A stretch of 64,000 nt of DNA from the NCBI GenBank assembly GCA_963847625.1, contig CAWKAR010000033.1:79780-143779 (forward strand), written 5' to 3'. Position numbers and translations under genes: made by a program. This stretch comes from a candidate division FCPU426 bacterium (GTDB taxonomy: Bacteria > Oederibacteriota > Muellerivitia > Muellerivitales > Muellerivitaceae). Positions 49,137 through 60,700 of this stretch are shown here, in pieces. The notes beneath the pieces were generated by a model. That model made no database searches. It was given only the letters and a program-made list of their open reading frames with translations, and was not told where the DNA came from. Position 1 is the stretch's first letter; each line of letters starts with the position of its first letter.

Positions 49137-50644
49137 ACGAACACATCCCTATCCTCATTCTTCTCTCTCCCCTGGCGGGATCATTGTTTTGCGTTTTCTC
49201 CCCGTTTTTCTCCGGCCGTTTGACCAGGTTTTTAGCGTGGTTTTCCCTCGCGGCGGGACTCATTTTCACGCTGGAAAGCTTCGGCCCCCTCCTTTCAACG
49301 GGTGACTGGCGTTATGCACTGGGCGGTTGGCCCCCACCCTGGGGCATCGAACTCGTTCTCACCCCTTTTACGGCGTTCTTCGCCTGCCTGCTCCTGGTGC
49401 TGTCCCTGGTGGTCTTGGTTTATTTCCGGAGCCTGCGGTTGCCGGGATCTTCGGGTATCTGGAAGGAAAACCTGGCGCATTCATTCCACCTCCTGATGAC
49501 CGCCGCCGGATTGGCCCTTCTTTTCACGCGGGACGCGGTCAACCTGTTCCTTTTTTTGGAGGTTTTCCTGTTGGCAGGGGCCGGCCTCATGGCTTCCCTG
49601 GGCGAAAAGGCATGGTTGGCGGCCTTTAATTTTTTTTTCTGGGGGTCCGTCGGGGCGACCCTGTACCTCGCGGGCATTGTTTTCCTTTACTCGGCGACCG
49701 CAACGCCGAACCTGGATGACATTCTCGCCCAGCTTTTCATCGCCAAGAATTTTTCCATGGCCCTGACGGCGGGGTTTTTCCTGGGCTTCGGTTTTATTTT
49801 TCTCTTGGTTTTTCCCGCGCCCTTCTTTTTCCAAAAGACCTTGAACCGGATCCCTTCCTTTCTTTTGGCTTTTTTTTCCTCCGTGATACCGAGGCTGGCG
49901 GCGGTTTTATTGTTCGGCTTTTATTTTTTCGTGCTGGACGTTCCGGGATTGACGGCACCAACGTGGCTCACGGTCCTGGCCTACCTGGTTTCCCTCGCTT
50001 TTTTAACGGGTTTTTTCTTCGCCTCCCGGCAGAAGGATTACCTGGTTACGCTGGGTTTTTTGGGTGCGGCCCAAATGGGGTTTCTTTTCCTGGGTTTTTA
50101 CCTGGGGAACAAGAGCGCCTTGACCGGGTCCTTGTTGGAGGTCCTCAGCCAGGTTTTGACGGTGGCCGGATTGTTTTTCATCGGGCAGAACCTGAGGGAA
50201 GACGCCGGCATCCAGTCCCTTTCCCGCCTGACGGGCTTGGCCCGTCAAAGGCCCTTGATGGGATTGGCGTTGGTGATTTTCGCGTCCTCCATCGTGGGGG
50301 TCCCTCCCACGGGGGGGTTTTTTGGAAAGTGGTTCCTGGCCCAGGGGGCGATGGAAAAACACGATTGGCTCGCTTTGGCCACGCTGGCGGCGGTGACGGT
50401 TTTTAATTTCCTCTTTTTCGCCCGGCTCACCCGATTGCTATACGAGCACCATTCGGATTATCCCGCGTTGCCCCCTACGCGCATGGAATCCCGATTGCCG
50501 GTTCTGTTGCTGGCGGCCGCCATCCTTCTTTTGGGGGTTTTCCACGAGGGATTGATCCACAAATTCATCGAGCCCGCCCTGCCCAAGGCCTTCCAGAACC
50601 TGCCGGTGCCCAACGTGCCTTTCCTGGGCAAGGAAGTGGAGTAA
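49133..50644 (+). CDS. MnhD/NuoN-like proton-translocating membrane subunit (divergent)
   Basis: YALGGWPPPWGIEL, DAVNLFLFLE, SIVGVPPTGGFFGKW. Confidence 0.8.
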   Translation: MNEHIPILILLSPLAGSLFCVFSPFFSGRLTRFLAWFSLAAGLIFTLESFGPLLSTGDWRYALGGWPPPWGIELVLTPFTAFFACLLLVLSLVVLVYFRSLRLPGSSGIWKENLAHSFHLLMTAAGLALLFTRDAVNLFLFLEVFLLAGAGLMASLGEKAWLAAFNFFFWGSVGATLYLAGIVFLYSATATPNLDDILAQLFIAKNFSMALTAGFFLGFGFIFLLVFPAPFFFQKTLNRIPSFLLAFFSSVIPRLAAVLLFGFYFFVLDVPGLTAPTWLTVLAYLVSLAFLTGFFFASRQKDYLVTLGFLGAAQMGFLFLGFYLGNKSALTGSLLEVLSQVLTVAGLFFIGQNLREDAGIQSLSRLTGLARQRPLMGLALVIFASSIVGVPPTGGFFGKWFLAQGAMEKHDWLALATLAAVTVFNFLFFARLTRLLYEHHSDYPALPPTRMESRLPVLLLAAAILLLGVFHEGLIHKFIEPALPKAFQNLPVPNVPFLGKEVE

Positions 50645-50769
50645 GTCAAGGGACTGCCCTCCGCGCCGCATGCCGACTATCCATTGGGTTTTTGGGAAGG
50701 TCAGTACCGATTTCCATATTGGCTTTTATAGCGAATCGGCACAAGTCCGGGGCCTTGGCAGGCGGTCAA
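50645..50769. repeat. Composite palindromic repeat element, copy C (inverted relative to A and B)
   Basis: GTCAAGGGAC...CCGGGGCCTTGGCAGGCGGTCAA; contains CATGCCGACTATCCATT and GTACCGAT..ATCGGCAC modules. Confidence 0.85.
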
Positions 50770-50779
50770 ACGGCAAGCG

Positions 50780-51946
50780 CTACTGTGTCCGTTGTCCTAG
50801 GGGCTGCTTTAATAACCTGGCCGGCCGGCCCCATTTATTCCGGAAAAATAAATTGGCGGGCATTTCAAAAAAGCGGTAGGACAAGTAGGCGATGGCGACA
50901 ACAGCACCCGTGAAAAGAAGAAAAGCCAAGTATTCGTTTTTTCCCTCTAAAAACGGCCAAAGGAAAAAGAGGATCAAAGGGTGAAGCAGATATCCTCCGT
51001 AACTTAACTGACCCGGGAAGCCCAGCCATTTCCATCCTTTGGAACCGAAGAAATCCAGGTAAATTCCCCCGAGAATGAAAAAGAACGCCCCAAACCCCAC
51101 GCAAGTGAACCCGTAAGCGTGGTTCCAAAAATCAGCCTTGTAGTCCCGGTGAAAGTAATTGAGTAAAAACAAGGCCAGCCCACTGAGGCAGAAATACAGG
51201 CTTTCAGCCTTATTGGCATTGAGCCGGGCTCCCATGCGTTCAGTGACTAGGTATAACAAGCAACCCATGGCAATCCAGCTGTAGGGTTGGAGTGGGTAAA
51301 TATCCAGCAAGATATGGCGGGGAGAAAATAGAAGCTGGAGGACATTGAATAGAGGGGGAAAAAATATGATCACCGTGAGGAAGACGACCAGCTTTCTCAT
51401 GTTGCCGAGCCGGTTTAAAACGAGGGGGTAAAACAGATAGAACTGTTCCTCCACCGACAAGCTCCAAAGCAAGTCCCAGTGCAATCCATAGTTGGGGGTG
51501 GCCATGGAATTTGCCTGTTGGAACCAGTTGAACCAAAAAGTGCAGATCGATATCCAAAATGGAGGGGAAAAAGAGGCATGTGGATTCTTAATGCAAGTTT
51601 CATACGGCTGGGAGGCGGCGTGCGGGATCGAAAGCGCGATCATTCCAAGAACGATTGACAGGGAAAGCAGCGGGACGATCCGTCCGAAACGCCGGGCGTA
51701 GAAATCCCTGAAATCCGGCTGGAAAAGACCCCGCGGGTTTGACGCGATCAACCGGGTGATGACAAAGCCGGAGACCACAAAAAAAACCGCCACGCCCAGG
51801 GCGCCGTTGTACCAAAGCTTCCACCAAAGCGCCGCCAGAAAGGGGGGCGAGGAGGGGTGGGTGATGAACCGTTGGCCCAAATGAACGCTTAAAACCGCCA
51901 GGATGGAAAAAGTGCGGGCCAAATCAATAACGGGGATTCGTTTCAT
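50780..51946 (-). CDS. Acyltransferase family 3 (OafA-like O-acyltransferase)
   Basis: IDLAR...LSVH, GVAVFFVVSGFVI, RRFGRIVP, WSLSVEEQFY, SYGGYLLH, SYRFFE. Confidence 0.92.
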   Translation of the reverse strand: MKRIPVIDLARTFSILAVLSVHLGQRFITHPSSPPFLAALWWKLWYNGALGVAVFFVVSGFVITRLIASNPRGLFQPDFRDFYARRFGRIVPLLSLSIVLGMIALSIPHAASQPYETCIKNPHASFSPPFWISICTFWFNWFQQANSMATPNYGLHWDLLWSLSVEEQFYLFYPLVLNRLGNMRKLVVFLTVIIFFPPLFNVLQLLFSPRHILLDIYPLQPYSWIAMGCLLYLVTERMGARLNANKAESLYFCLSGLALFLLNYFHRDYKADFWNHAYGFTCVGFGAFFFILGGIYLDFFGSKGWKWLGFPGQLSYGGYLLHPLILFFLWPFLEGKNEYLAFLLFTGAVVAIAYLSYRFFEMPANLFFRNKWGRPARLLKQPLGQRTQ

Positions 51947-52234
51947 GGATATGGGGTTTCCTGGAAAAAAAGGTTTTAAGAAATCCTTGGGTTATTAAAT
52001 CGCTTTATTTTAACAATATGCCACTTGTACAACTGGATTAAGTCGGTTGTTGGGAATTCCACAAGGGGAAAAGTCCTAAAATTCCTTATTTTCCCTGAGA
52101 AGGAAAAGGATATGCCTATGCGGGAATGGCATGATCCATGCGGGATGGATCGAGCAACTTCCATCCGGGTGCCGAAGGGATTGTTGGTATAATTAATAGA
52201 TATCCGTGATTTTCCTTCCCTAAGGCGGGTCCCT

Positions 52235-55200
52235 TTGAAGCCCCTATTCGGCAAAATTTCCAAACTTTGTTTGGCCGGCTTAGCTTTAAGCCTGTTTCCC
52301 CAGGCGGCGACAGCCGCGTCCATCCTAGGGCATATCAAGATCGACAACTTCGGTTACCGAACGGCCGACCAAAAGATCGCTTATTTCACCGCCAACCCCG
52401 GCACCAGTGTGGGAGTGTACAACGCCGCGACCAGCACTCTGGCTTACACCACCACCACCATCACCAGCAAGGGGACCGACCCGACGAACCCGCAAATTTC
52501 CGGGGACACTTTATGGTGGGTCGATTTTTCCGCCTTTACCACGGCCGGACAGTACTATTTGTATTCCTCCACCCTGAACGAACAGTCCTATAACTTCACG
52601 ATCTCCGATTCCGTCTACCAGGCCCCCATGTCGGCCACCCTCAAGGCCATCTATTACCAAAGGTGCGGGACCGCCAAACCCGCGGCTTATACCGGGGCCA
52701 ACTGGTCCGACGCCGCCGCCTGCCATACCTCGGACGCGACGTGCGCACCGGCGTCCGGCTGCACCTTTCCCAACGCCTACGGCACCCTGAACCTGTCGGG
52801 CGGCTGGCACGACGCCGGGGATTACAACAAGTACATTGGCTCCACGCCCTCCGGGTCCTGCGCCAGCTGGGGAGGGGACAGCGGGGAAGCCCTTTGGGAC
52901 CTGCTCACGGCCTACGAGTGGAACCCCACCCTTTTCGCGGGCATCACCAGCAACATCCCCGAGTCAGGCAACGGCATTCCCGATATCCTCAACGAGGCCA
53001 AGTGGGAATTGGACTGGTACCTGAAGATGCAGATGACGGATAACCATATTCTTTCGGTTGTTCATGCGCCGGGGGGAGGTGGGTCCTCTCCCCCCAGCGC
53101 TGATACCACCGCGCGCAATTACTATCCCCCCAACCCCGCGGGGGAGGCCCAGTTTGTCGCCATCATGTCCCACGCCGCCCGGGTGATGTCCGGGGTCTCG
53201 GGGCTGGCCAGCTACGCGGTGACTCTTCGAACCGCCGCCGAGAAAACCTGGAACAGCTTCGTGGCCACGGCCGCCTCCAGCGACCAGCGGTTCTGGGCCG
53301 CCGCCGAGATCTTCCGCATGGAAGAGGCCCTGGGCGGGCCGGCCTCCATCACCAGCGCGGCGCAATCCATCGTGGATAACTATGAGGCCTGGAACGGTTT
53401 CTGGCTCAATGAGGATTTATTCCAGCAGAATTGGGGCATGTTGACCTATATGCAGGCCACCAACGCCACGGCATCGATCGTTACCTATATGAAGGCGGAT
53501 TGGGGCGTTTTGATGGGCGACCTCTTCGGCCAGAACGATTATTACAACTCGGGCATGCACAGTTACGACTATTTCTGGGGGGCCGACGAGGTGAAGATGA
53601 ACTATGGCATGCAACTGGTTTGGGCCTCCAAGCTGGGCGCGACGGGGACCTACACCAGCGCCCAGTGCCTGCAACACGCCGAGGACTTCATTCATTATAT
53701 GAACGGAAGCAACCCGATCAACATGACCCTCATGACCAACGCGGCCGCCCTGGGCGCCTCCCACGGGGTTTGGCGGATTTACCACCAATGGTTCGGCAAT
53801 TACAGCGTCACTTCTTCCTATAACAATTTCATCGGCAAACCCGCCTCGGTCATCGACCCGCTCTACCCTTATTTCGCGGGAACGGATAATTTCGGCATCA
53901 GCGATAGCGGCCCTTCCAGCTTCGGCCCTCCTCCGGGAATCGTTCCGGATGGGCCCGGCCACGGGTACGCCGCCGACAATGGAACAGCCCAGCCGCCCAT
54001 GTTGGCTGGCAACGTGGAACCTCCCTATGAAAAAGAATACCGGGATTGGGATTGGGTGGACCCCAATGGCAACCAAAGTGTGCCCTGGGTCGTGAATGAA
54101 ACGGGCCTTTATTACACCGGTTCCTACATGGCCCTGGCCTCGTTCTTTGTCACTTCCACCAGCACCACGCCCACGAATACGCCGACCATTTCGTCCACAC
54201 CAACCCGGACGCTCACTCCCACCAATACGCCGACGCCGATCTCTACCGCGACCCGGACGAATTCGCCCACCAATACGGCAACACCCACGCCAACCGCAAC
54301 CAGGACGAATTCGCCCACCAATACGGCGACCCCGACTACAACCCCGACCAGGACGAATTCACCCACCAATACGGCGACCCCGACTACAACCCCGACCAGG
54401 ACGAATTCGCCCACGGCTTCGACTACGGCAACTCCTACGTCGTCGCCTACGCTCACCGCTACGCCTTCGGCTTCGCCAACGGCAACCAGGACGAACACCC
54501 CGACGAATACGGTCACGATTACACCCACGAATACTTCAACCAGCACCCCCACCAATACGGCGATCCCGACCTCAACCCCGACCAGGACGAATTCGCCCAC
54601 CAATACGATCACAGCTACACCCACGAATACGGCAACACCCACGCCAACCGCAACCAGGACGAACACCCCGACGAATACTGTCACGATTACACCCACGAAT
54701 ACTTCAACCAGCACCCCCACCAATACGGCGATCCCGACCTCAACCCCAACCAGGACGAATTCGCCTACCAATACGATCACGGCTACACCCACGAATACGG
54801 CAACACCCACGCCAACTGCAACCAGGACGAACACCCCGACGAATACGGTCACGATTACACCCACGAATACGCTGACACCCACGCCTTCCGCAACTAGGAC
54901 GAATACGCCCACCTCTACTCCCACCGCAACAGCCACCAGTACACCGACAGTGACACCTACGGTTACCAATACCAGCACGGGAACCACATCACCCACACCG
55001 ACCTACACGAACACCCTGACTCGTACGCTGACTCCTACATCCACGAATACGGCTACCTCTACCCCAACTCCGACAGTAACAAACACGTCCACCAACACAT
55101 CCACAGCGACGCCGACTAGGTCACTTACTCCCACCTCCACAAACACTCCGTCGAACACGCCCACAGCTACTCTGACGAATACTTTAACCAGTACGAGAAC

Positions 55201-57472
55201 GAATACGCCGGCCTCTACCCCCACTGCCACGGCCAGCAATACACCGACAGTGACTTCCACGGTCACCAATACCAGCACAGGAACCACATCTCCCACGCCG
55301 ACTTTCACGAACACCCCCACCCGGACCCAAACTTCAACACCCACGAATACGGCAACTTCTACCCCGACTCCGACGGCGACCAACTCTTCCACAAGCACGC
55401 CTACGGCGACACCGACTAGGACCTTGACTCCCACTTCCACGAATACCCCGTCGAATACGGCGACAGCCACGCCGACGAACACTTTAACCAGTACAAGAAC
55501 GAATACGCCGACCTCTACCCCCACCGCCACGGCCACCAGTACACCGACGGTTACGCCTACAATCACCAATACCAGCACGGGAACCACATCACCCACACCG
55601 ACTTATACCAACACCCCCACCCGGACCCAAACTCCAACACTCACAAATACGGCAACTTCTACCCCGACTCCGACGGTGACCAACTCTTCCACAAGCACGC
55701 CTCCGGCGACACCGACTAGGACCTTGACTCCCACTTCCACGAATACCCCGTCGAATACGGCGACAGCCACGCCGACGAACACTTTAACCAGTACAAGAAC
55801 GAATACGCCGACCTCTACCCCCACCGCCACGGCCAGCAATACACCGACGGTGACGCCTACGGTTACCAATACCACCACGGGAACCACATCTCCCACGCCG
55901 ACTTACACCAACACCCCAACCCGGACCCAAACTCCAACACCCGCGAATACGGCAACTTCTACCCCGACTCCGACGGTGACCAACTCTTCCACCAACACGG
56001 CTACGGCGACACCGACTAGGACCTTAACTCCCACATCCACAAATACCCCGTCGAATACGGCGACAGTCACGCCGACTAACACTTTAACCAGTACGAGAAC
56101 GAATACGCCGACCTCTACCCCCACCGCCACGGCCAGCAGTACACCGACGGTGACGCCTACGGTCACCAATTCCAACACGGGAACCACATCACCCACACCG
56201 ACTTACACCAACACCCCAACCCGGACCCAAACTCCAACACCCACAAATACGGCAACTTCTACCCAGACTCCGACGGTGACCAACTCTTCCACCAACACGC
56301 CTCCGGCGACACCGACTAGGACACCGAGTGCGAGTGCAACGCCCTCCAGCACCCAAACTTTTACACCAACATCGAGCTGGACCGCCTCCCAGACTCCAAC
56401 GACTTCTTCGACATTAACTGGGACTCCCACATCCACGAATACCCCGTCGAATACGGCGACAGCCACGCCGACCCATACATTGACGGGGACCTCTACGCCC
56501 ACCCTGACGAACACTTTAACCAGCACGAGGACGAATACGCCGACGGTGACGTCTACAGTCACCAATACCAACACCGGGACTCAATCGCCCACGCCCACTG
56601 CGACTAACACGTCCACGGTTACCAACAGCGCGACAGCCTCCCAGACTCCTACGGCTTCCTTAACATCAACTGGGACGCCGACTTATACGCTGACCGGGAC
56701 ATCTACCAGCACGCCGACAAGCACCCCAAGCGCGACAGCGAGTTCGACAAGCTCACCGTCACCCTCCCACACTCCTACGGCTTCCTTAACATCAACTGGG
56801 ACGCCCACTTATACGCTGACCGGGACATCGACGGATTCGATGACGCCTACGGCGTCCCTCACCGCTACGCCTTCGGCTTCGCCAACACCGACACCAACGC
56901 CTACGAACACTTCCACCCCAACCCGTACGATGACAAATACGCCGACGATAACCTCTACCAACAGCACGACGAACTCGCCCACTTCCACGTCAACCTATAC
57001 TGAGACGCCGACAGCGACAGACACCCCAACGGCTACATCCACAACCACAACCACCAATACGGAAACAGCAACCCCCACTGCGACTTTCACGGTCAACCTG
57101 ACTTTTACGTCGGCCAGCACCTCCACGAACACCCCTGCGGTTTCGGCAACAGCTACGGCCACTTCGACGGGAACTGCCGCTCCCGTTGGGAAAAATGGAG
57201 TGGTTGTTTATCCAAACCCAGTGAGAGGCCCAGGTCCGGTGACGATCCGCATTGCCTTAACCCAAAGGGAATCACTTGTTCGGGTGGAGATATTTACGCT
57301 GGCCTTCCGGAAAGTGAATGAGATTGATCTCATCCAAGTGCCGGCGGGGATTACCCCTCTTACCATCCCCCTGACGGACAAGGGAGGAAAACCCCTAGCC
57401 AATGGAATCTATTACGTGGTTGTCCAAACGCCCCAGGGCCGACAAATCGTTAAAATGTTGATTCTGCGTTAA
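52235..57472 (+). CDS. Secreted GH9 glycoside hydrolase: signal peptide, Ig-like N domain, GH9, ~1000-aa Thr/Pro stalk, T9SS-type-A-like/FlgD-Ig C-terminal domain
   Basis: [45 protein letters not shown]-terminal VYPNP...LANGIYYV...KMLILR. Confidence 0.88.
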   Translation: MKPLFGKISKLCLAGLALSLFPQAATAASILGHIKIDNFGYRTADQKIAYFTANPGTSVGVYNAATSTLAYTTTTITSKGTDPTNPQISGDTLWWVDFSAFTTAGQYYLYSSTLNEQSYNFTISDSVYQAPMSATLKAIYYQRCGTAKPAAYTGANWSDAAACHTSDATCAPASGCTFPNAYGTLNLSGGWHDAGDYNKYIGSTPSGSCASWGGDSGEALWDLLTAYEWNPTLFAGITSNIPESGNGIPDILNEAKWELDWYLKMQMTDNHILSVVHAPGGGGSSPPSADTTARNYYPPNPAGEAQFVAIMSHAARVMSGVSGLASYAVTLRTAAEKTWNSFVATAASSDQRFWAAAEIFRMEEALGGPASITSAAQSIVDNYEAWNGFWLNEDLFQQNWGMLTYMQATNATASIVTYMKADWGVLMGDLFGQNDYYNSGMHSYDYFWGADEVKMNYGMQLVWASKLGATGTYTSAQCLQHAEDFIHYMNGSNPINMTLMTNAAALGASHGVWRIYHQWFGNYSVTSSYNNFIGKPASVIDPLYPYFAGTDNFGISDSGPSSFGPPPGIVPDGPGHGYAADNGTAQPPMLAGNVEPPYEKEYRDWDWVDPNGNQSVPWVVNETGLYYTGSYMALASFFVTSTSTTPTNTPTISSTPTRTLTPTNTPTPISTATRTNSPTNTATPTPTATRTNSPTNTATPTTTPTRTNSPTNTATPTTTPTRTNSPTASTTATPTSSPTLTATPSASPTATRTNTPTNTVTITPTNTSTSTPTNTAIPTSTPTRTNSPTNTITATPTNTATPTPTATRTNTPTNTVTITPTNTSTSTPTNTAIPTSTPTRTNSPTNTITATPTNTATPTPTATRTNTPTNTVTITPTNTLTPTPSATRTNTPTSTPTATATSTPTVTPTVTNTSTGTTSPTPTYTNTLTRTLTPTSTNTATSTPTPTVTNTSTNTSTATPTRSLTPTSTNTPSNTPTATLTNTLTSTRTNTPASTPTATASNTPTVTSTVTNTSTGTTSPTPTFTNTPTRTQTSTPTNTATSTPTPTATNSSTSTPTATPTRTLTPTSTNTPSNTATATPTNTLTSTRTNTPTSTPTATATSTPTVTPTITNTSTGTTSPTPTYTNTPTRTQTPTLTNTATSTPTPTVTNSSTSTPPATPTRTLTPTSTNTPSNTATATPTNTLTSTRTNTPTSTPTATASNTPTVTPTVTNTTTGTTSPTPTYTNTPTRTQTPTPANTATSTPTPTVTNSSTNTATATPTRTLTPTSTNTPSNTATVTPTNTLTSTRTNTPTSTPTATASSTPTVTPTVTNSNTGTTSPTPTYTNTPTRTQTPTPTNTATSTQTPTVTNSSTNTPPATPTRTPSASATPSSTQTFTPTSSWTASQTPTTSSTLTGTPTSTNTPSNTATATPTHTLTGTSTPTLTNTLTSTRTNTPTVTSTVTNTNTGTQSPTPTATNTSTVTNSATASQTPTASLTSTGTPTYTLTGTSTSTPTSTPSATASSTSSPSPSHTPTASLTSTGTPTYTLTGTSTDSMTPTASLTATPSASPTPTPTPTNTSTPTRTMTNTPTITSTNSTTNSPTSTSTYTETPTATDTPTATSTTTTTNTETATPTATFTVNLTFTSASTSTNTPAVSATATATSTGTAAPVGKNGVVVYPNPVRGPGPVTIRIALTQRESLVRVEIFTLAFRKVNEIDLIQVPAGITPLTIPLTDKGGKPLANGIYYVVVQTPQGRQIVKMLILR
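54150..57180 (+). repeat. Hierarchical coding tandem repeats (48, 168 and 300 nt periods)
   Basis: GGACGAATTC.CCCAC recurs every 48 nt from ~54250; CAACCAGGACGAACACC at 54483, 54651, 54819; the TGTTSP unit recurs at ~54971, 55271, 55571, 55871, 56171. Confidence 0.9.
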
Positions 57473-57759
57473 GCCATTGTCCTTCTAGTGGATCCCATCA
57501 AACTCAATTCCAAAAACACGGTACGTTTCTTTTCCTGATGAGGTCCAATACTTAGTGAAAGCGTTTTAATTCTGCGATTTTCCCAGCGAATTCGTTGATT
57601 TTATTCAGCATCGCTTGTATTCCTTTGCGGAGGGGAGTGATAAAATTATATTCTCGGTAAATTTTATTAAAAATCTGAAAACGTTTTTATGAAATTGAGA
57701 CCTTAACATTCATTTCAAGTTAAAAAAATAAATTGGAACCGGTTACGGAAAATAGAACA

Positions 57760-60700
57760 ATGAAGAGTAAAAATAATCCCAAAGAAAAAATAAATACTTA
57801 TACCTGGGTTCGAAACGAACTTGCCTGGATGGCATTGGCCCTCGTAATCCTAGGCTTAATGACCCCTGCCCAAGGCCAAGTCACCGGTAGCGGCAACGGG
57901 CTTTGCGCCGCCTATTACTCGGGCGAGAATTTTGATACTTTTTATTACAACGAACTCGATACCACCATCAACTTCAACTGGCCGGCAAACGGCGTGGCTC
58001 CTTCCAACGGTTCCGTAACCATTCCCAATGGCCCCTTTTCGGTCAAGTGGACCGGCATGATTATGGCTTCCTATTCCGAGCCCTATACTTTTTGTACCGC
58101 CAGCGATGACGGCGCGAGGCTTTGGATCAATGGGGTGCAGCTTGTCAACGCCTGGGTGGACCAGGGTTCCACCACCTACTGCGGGTCCATCACCCTGGTG
58201 GCGGGACAATACTACGACATTGAGATGGATTATTACGAGAACGGGGTCGGACCGGCCAACGCCCAGCTCTTATGGTCTTCCACCAGCACGACCCAGCAAA
58301 TTATCCCCCAAAGCCAGCTTTATTGTTCCTGCCTGGGGCCCACCAAGTCCGTCAACACCAAGGTCGCATCAGTTGGGAGCACCATCACCTACGTCCTGAC
58401 CAACACCGATTGCGGTAGCGCCGTTTCAAATGCCTTGGTTTGGGACACATTACCTTCCTACGTCACCTACATTTCCAGCAACCCTCCGCCCACCACCTCC
58501 AACAATCCCTATTATCTTTGGAACATCGGCTCCGTGGCCGCCAGCCAAGTCTACTCAGTCACCATCGTGGCTCGGGTGACTTCCGGCACCAACGGCACGG
58601 TCGTGAACAACTGGTCGGCGGACACGGCAGGCGGTCTTCCGCCCGAAGTATCCAATGATGCTTCCTTCAGCATTTACAATCCCGGAACCCAATTCGTCAA
58701 GACCGCGAACCCCACCATGGTATCCCCGGGGGGGCCGGTGACCTATAACCTCGTTTTCTTCAATCCCGCGCCGGCTCCCGTCACGGGTTTTGCCCTGCAA
58801 GTCAGCGACGGGGGGCAAGCCTTCGGCCCCTACCGCATGAACACGGATTACAACATCATCAACAACAGCGGGGCGGCGGTGAATATCGCGGATTTCACCG
58901 TTAAGGAGTGGATCTCGGACAACATCACCCCCTCCCAATTGGGCTACGGGGTTTATTACGGCGGCGCGGCCTCGGATAACAGTTGGAACGGTCCGGCGGT
59001 CGGCGTCACCCCAATCGCCTTGGCACAGCCCATCACTTTTCCGGCCAACCGGCAATCCGCCTTGGAAATCGACATCAAGACCACCACCGCGGACTCCTTG
59101 GCCAACGGCGTCACCTGGGGGGGTATCCAAACCTTCCTCGCCCCGGCAAGCCTCCCCTTGCAGAATTACCTCAACTATTTCAGCCAGGACCCGGGGTCCA
59201 CCTACCAGCCTGGCCAGAATTACGGATATGCCCTGTATTACCAGGGGCAGATAGTTTACGGAACCTGTGAACCCGGTTATATCGAGCCGCAAGACCCCAT
59301 TCCCACCAACGTCACCTATGTCGGAAGCAACCTGAGCGGGGCGGTCAGCAATAACGCCGTTTATTGGATGACCACCTGTCTTTACGGCCAACAATCCGTG
59401 ACCTACACCTGGTGGGGAACCATCGCCTCAACCGTCACGGCGGGGCAGGTCATTCCCAACCAGGCGACCTTCAACGACGTCAACATTGATGGACAAATTC
59501 CACAGGGACTTTCCAATAACGCCAATGTCACGGTCATCGGAACCCTTACCCCAACGCCCACCGGCACGCGATCCCCGACCCCCACGTCCACCAACACCCC
59601 TACGCCAACACCCACCCCAACCCGGACGAATACACCCACTCCAACGAACACCCCCACGAACACGCCTACCCCGACCAATACCCCCACACCGACGAATACG
59701 CCGACCCGGACCCCGACCCCCACGCCGACCAATACACCTACGCCCACGCCGACGCCATCCAATACCCCCACGCCGACGAATACGCCGACCCGGACCCCGA
59801 CCCCAACGCCGACCAACACCCCCACCCCCACCCCCACGAATACGCCGACCCGGACTCCAACCCCAACACTTACCAACACACCTACGTCCACGCCATCCAA
59901 TACCCCTACACCGACGAATACGCCGACCCGGACCCCGACCCCCACGCCGACCAACACACCCACCCCCTCTCCAACACCTTCCCCTACCCCCACGAATACG
60001 CCGACCCGGACCTCGACTCCCACGCCGACAAACACTCCCACTCCAACAGCCTCACCTACCCCGACGCCCACACCCACGAATACGCCGACCCGGACCCCGA
60101 CTCCCACGCCAACGAACACTCCCACGCCCACCCCGACCAACACACCGACTCCTACGCCAACCAATACTCCCACGAATACACCGACCCGGACACCGACTCC
60201 CACACCCACAACCACCCCCACGCCAACCCCCACGAACACACCGACAAATACCCCGACCCGAACCCCGACCCCCACGCCTACCACAACCCCTTCTCCCACT
60301 CCGACCAATACTCCCACTCCGACGCCTACCAATACACCTACCCCCACCCCCACGACAACACCTACGCCGACCCCGACGAACACGCCGACGAGGACGCCCA
60401 CGCCTACACCCACCCCGACTCCTACCACCACCCCCACGCCTACCCCCACCAACACGCCAACGAATACTCCCACGCGCACGCCCACTCCAACGCCTACCAC
60501 CACCCCCACGCCCACTCCGACCAACACGCCGACGAGGACGCCCACACTCACCCCCACCCCGACCCCTACTATTACCCCCACCCCGACTCCAACCAATACG
60601 CCGACGAACACCCCCTCGCCGACGCCCAGCCCGACCGGGACGACATCGCCTACGAACACCCCGACCAACACCCCCACGCGCACAAACACACCTACGCCTA

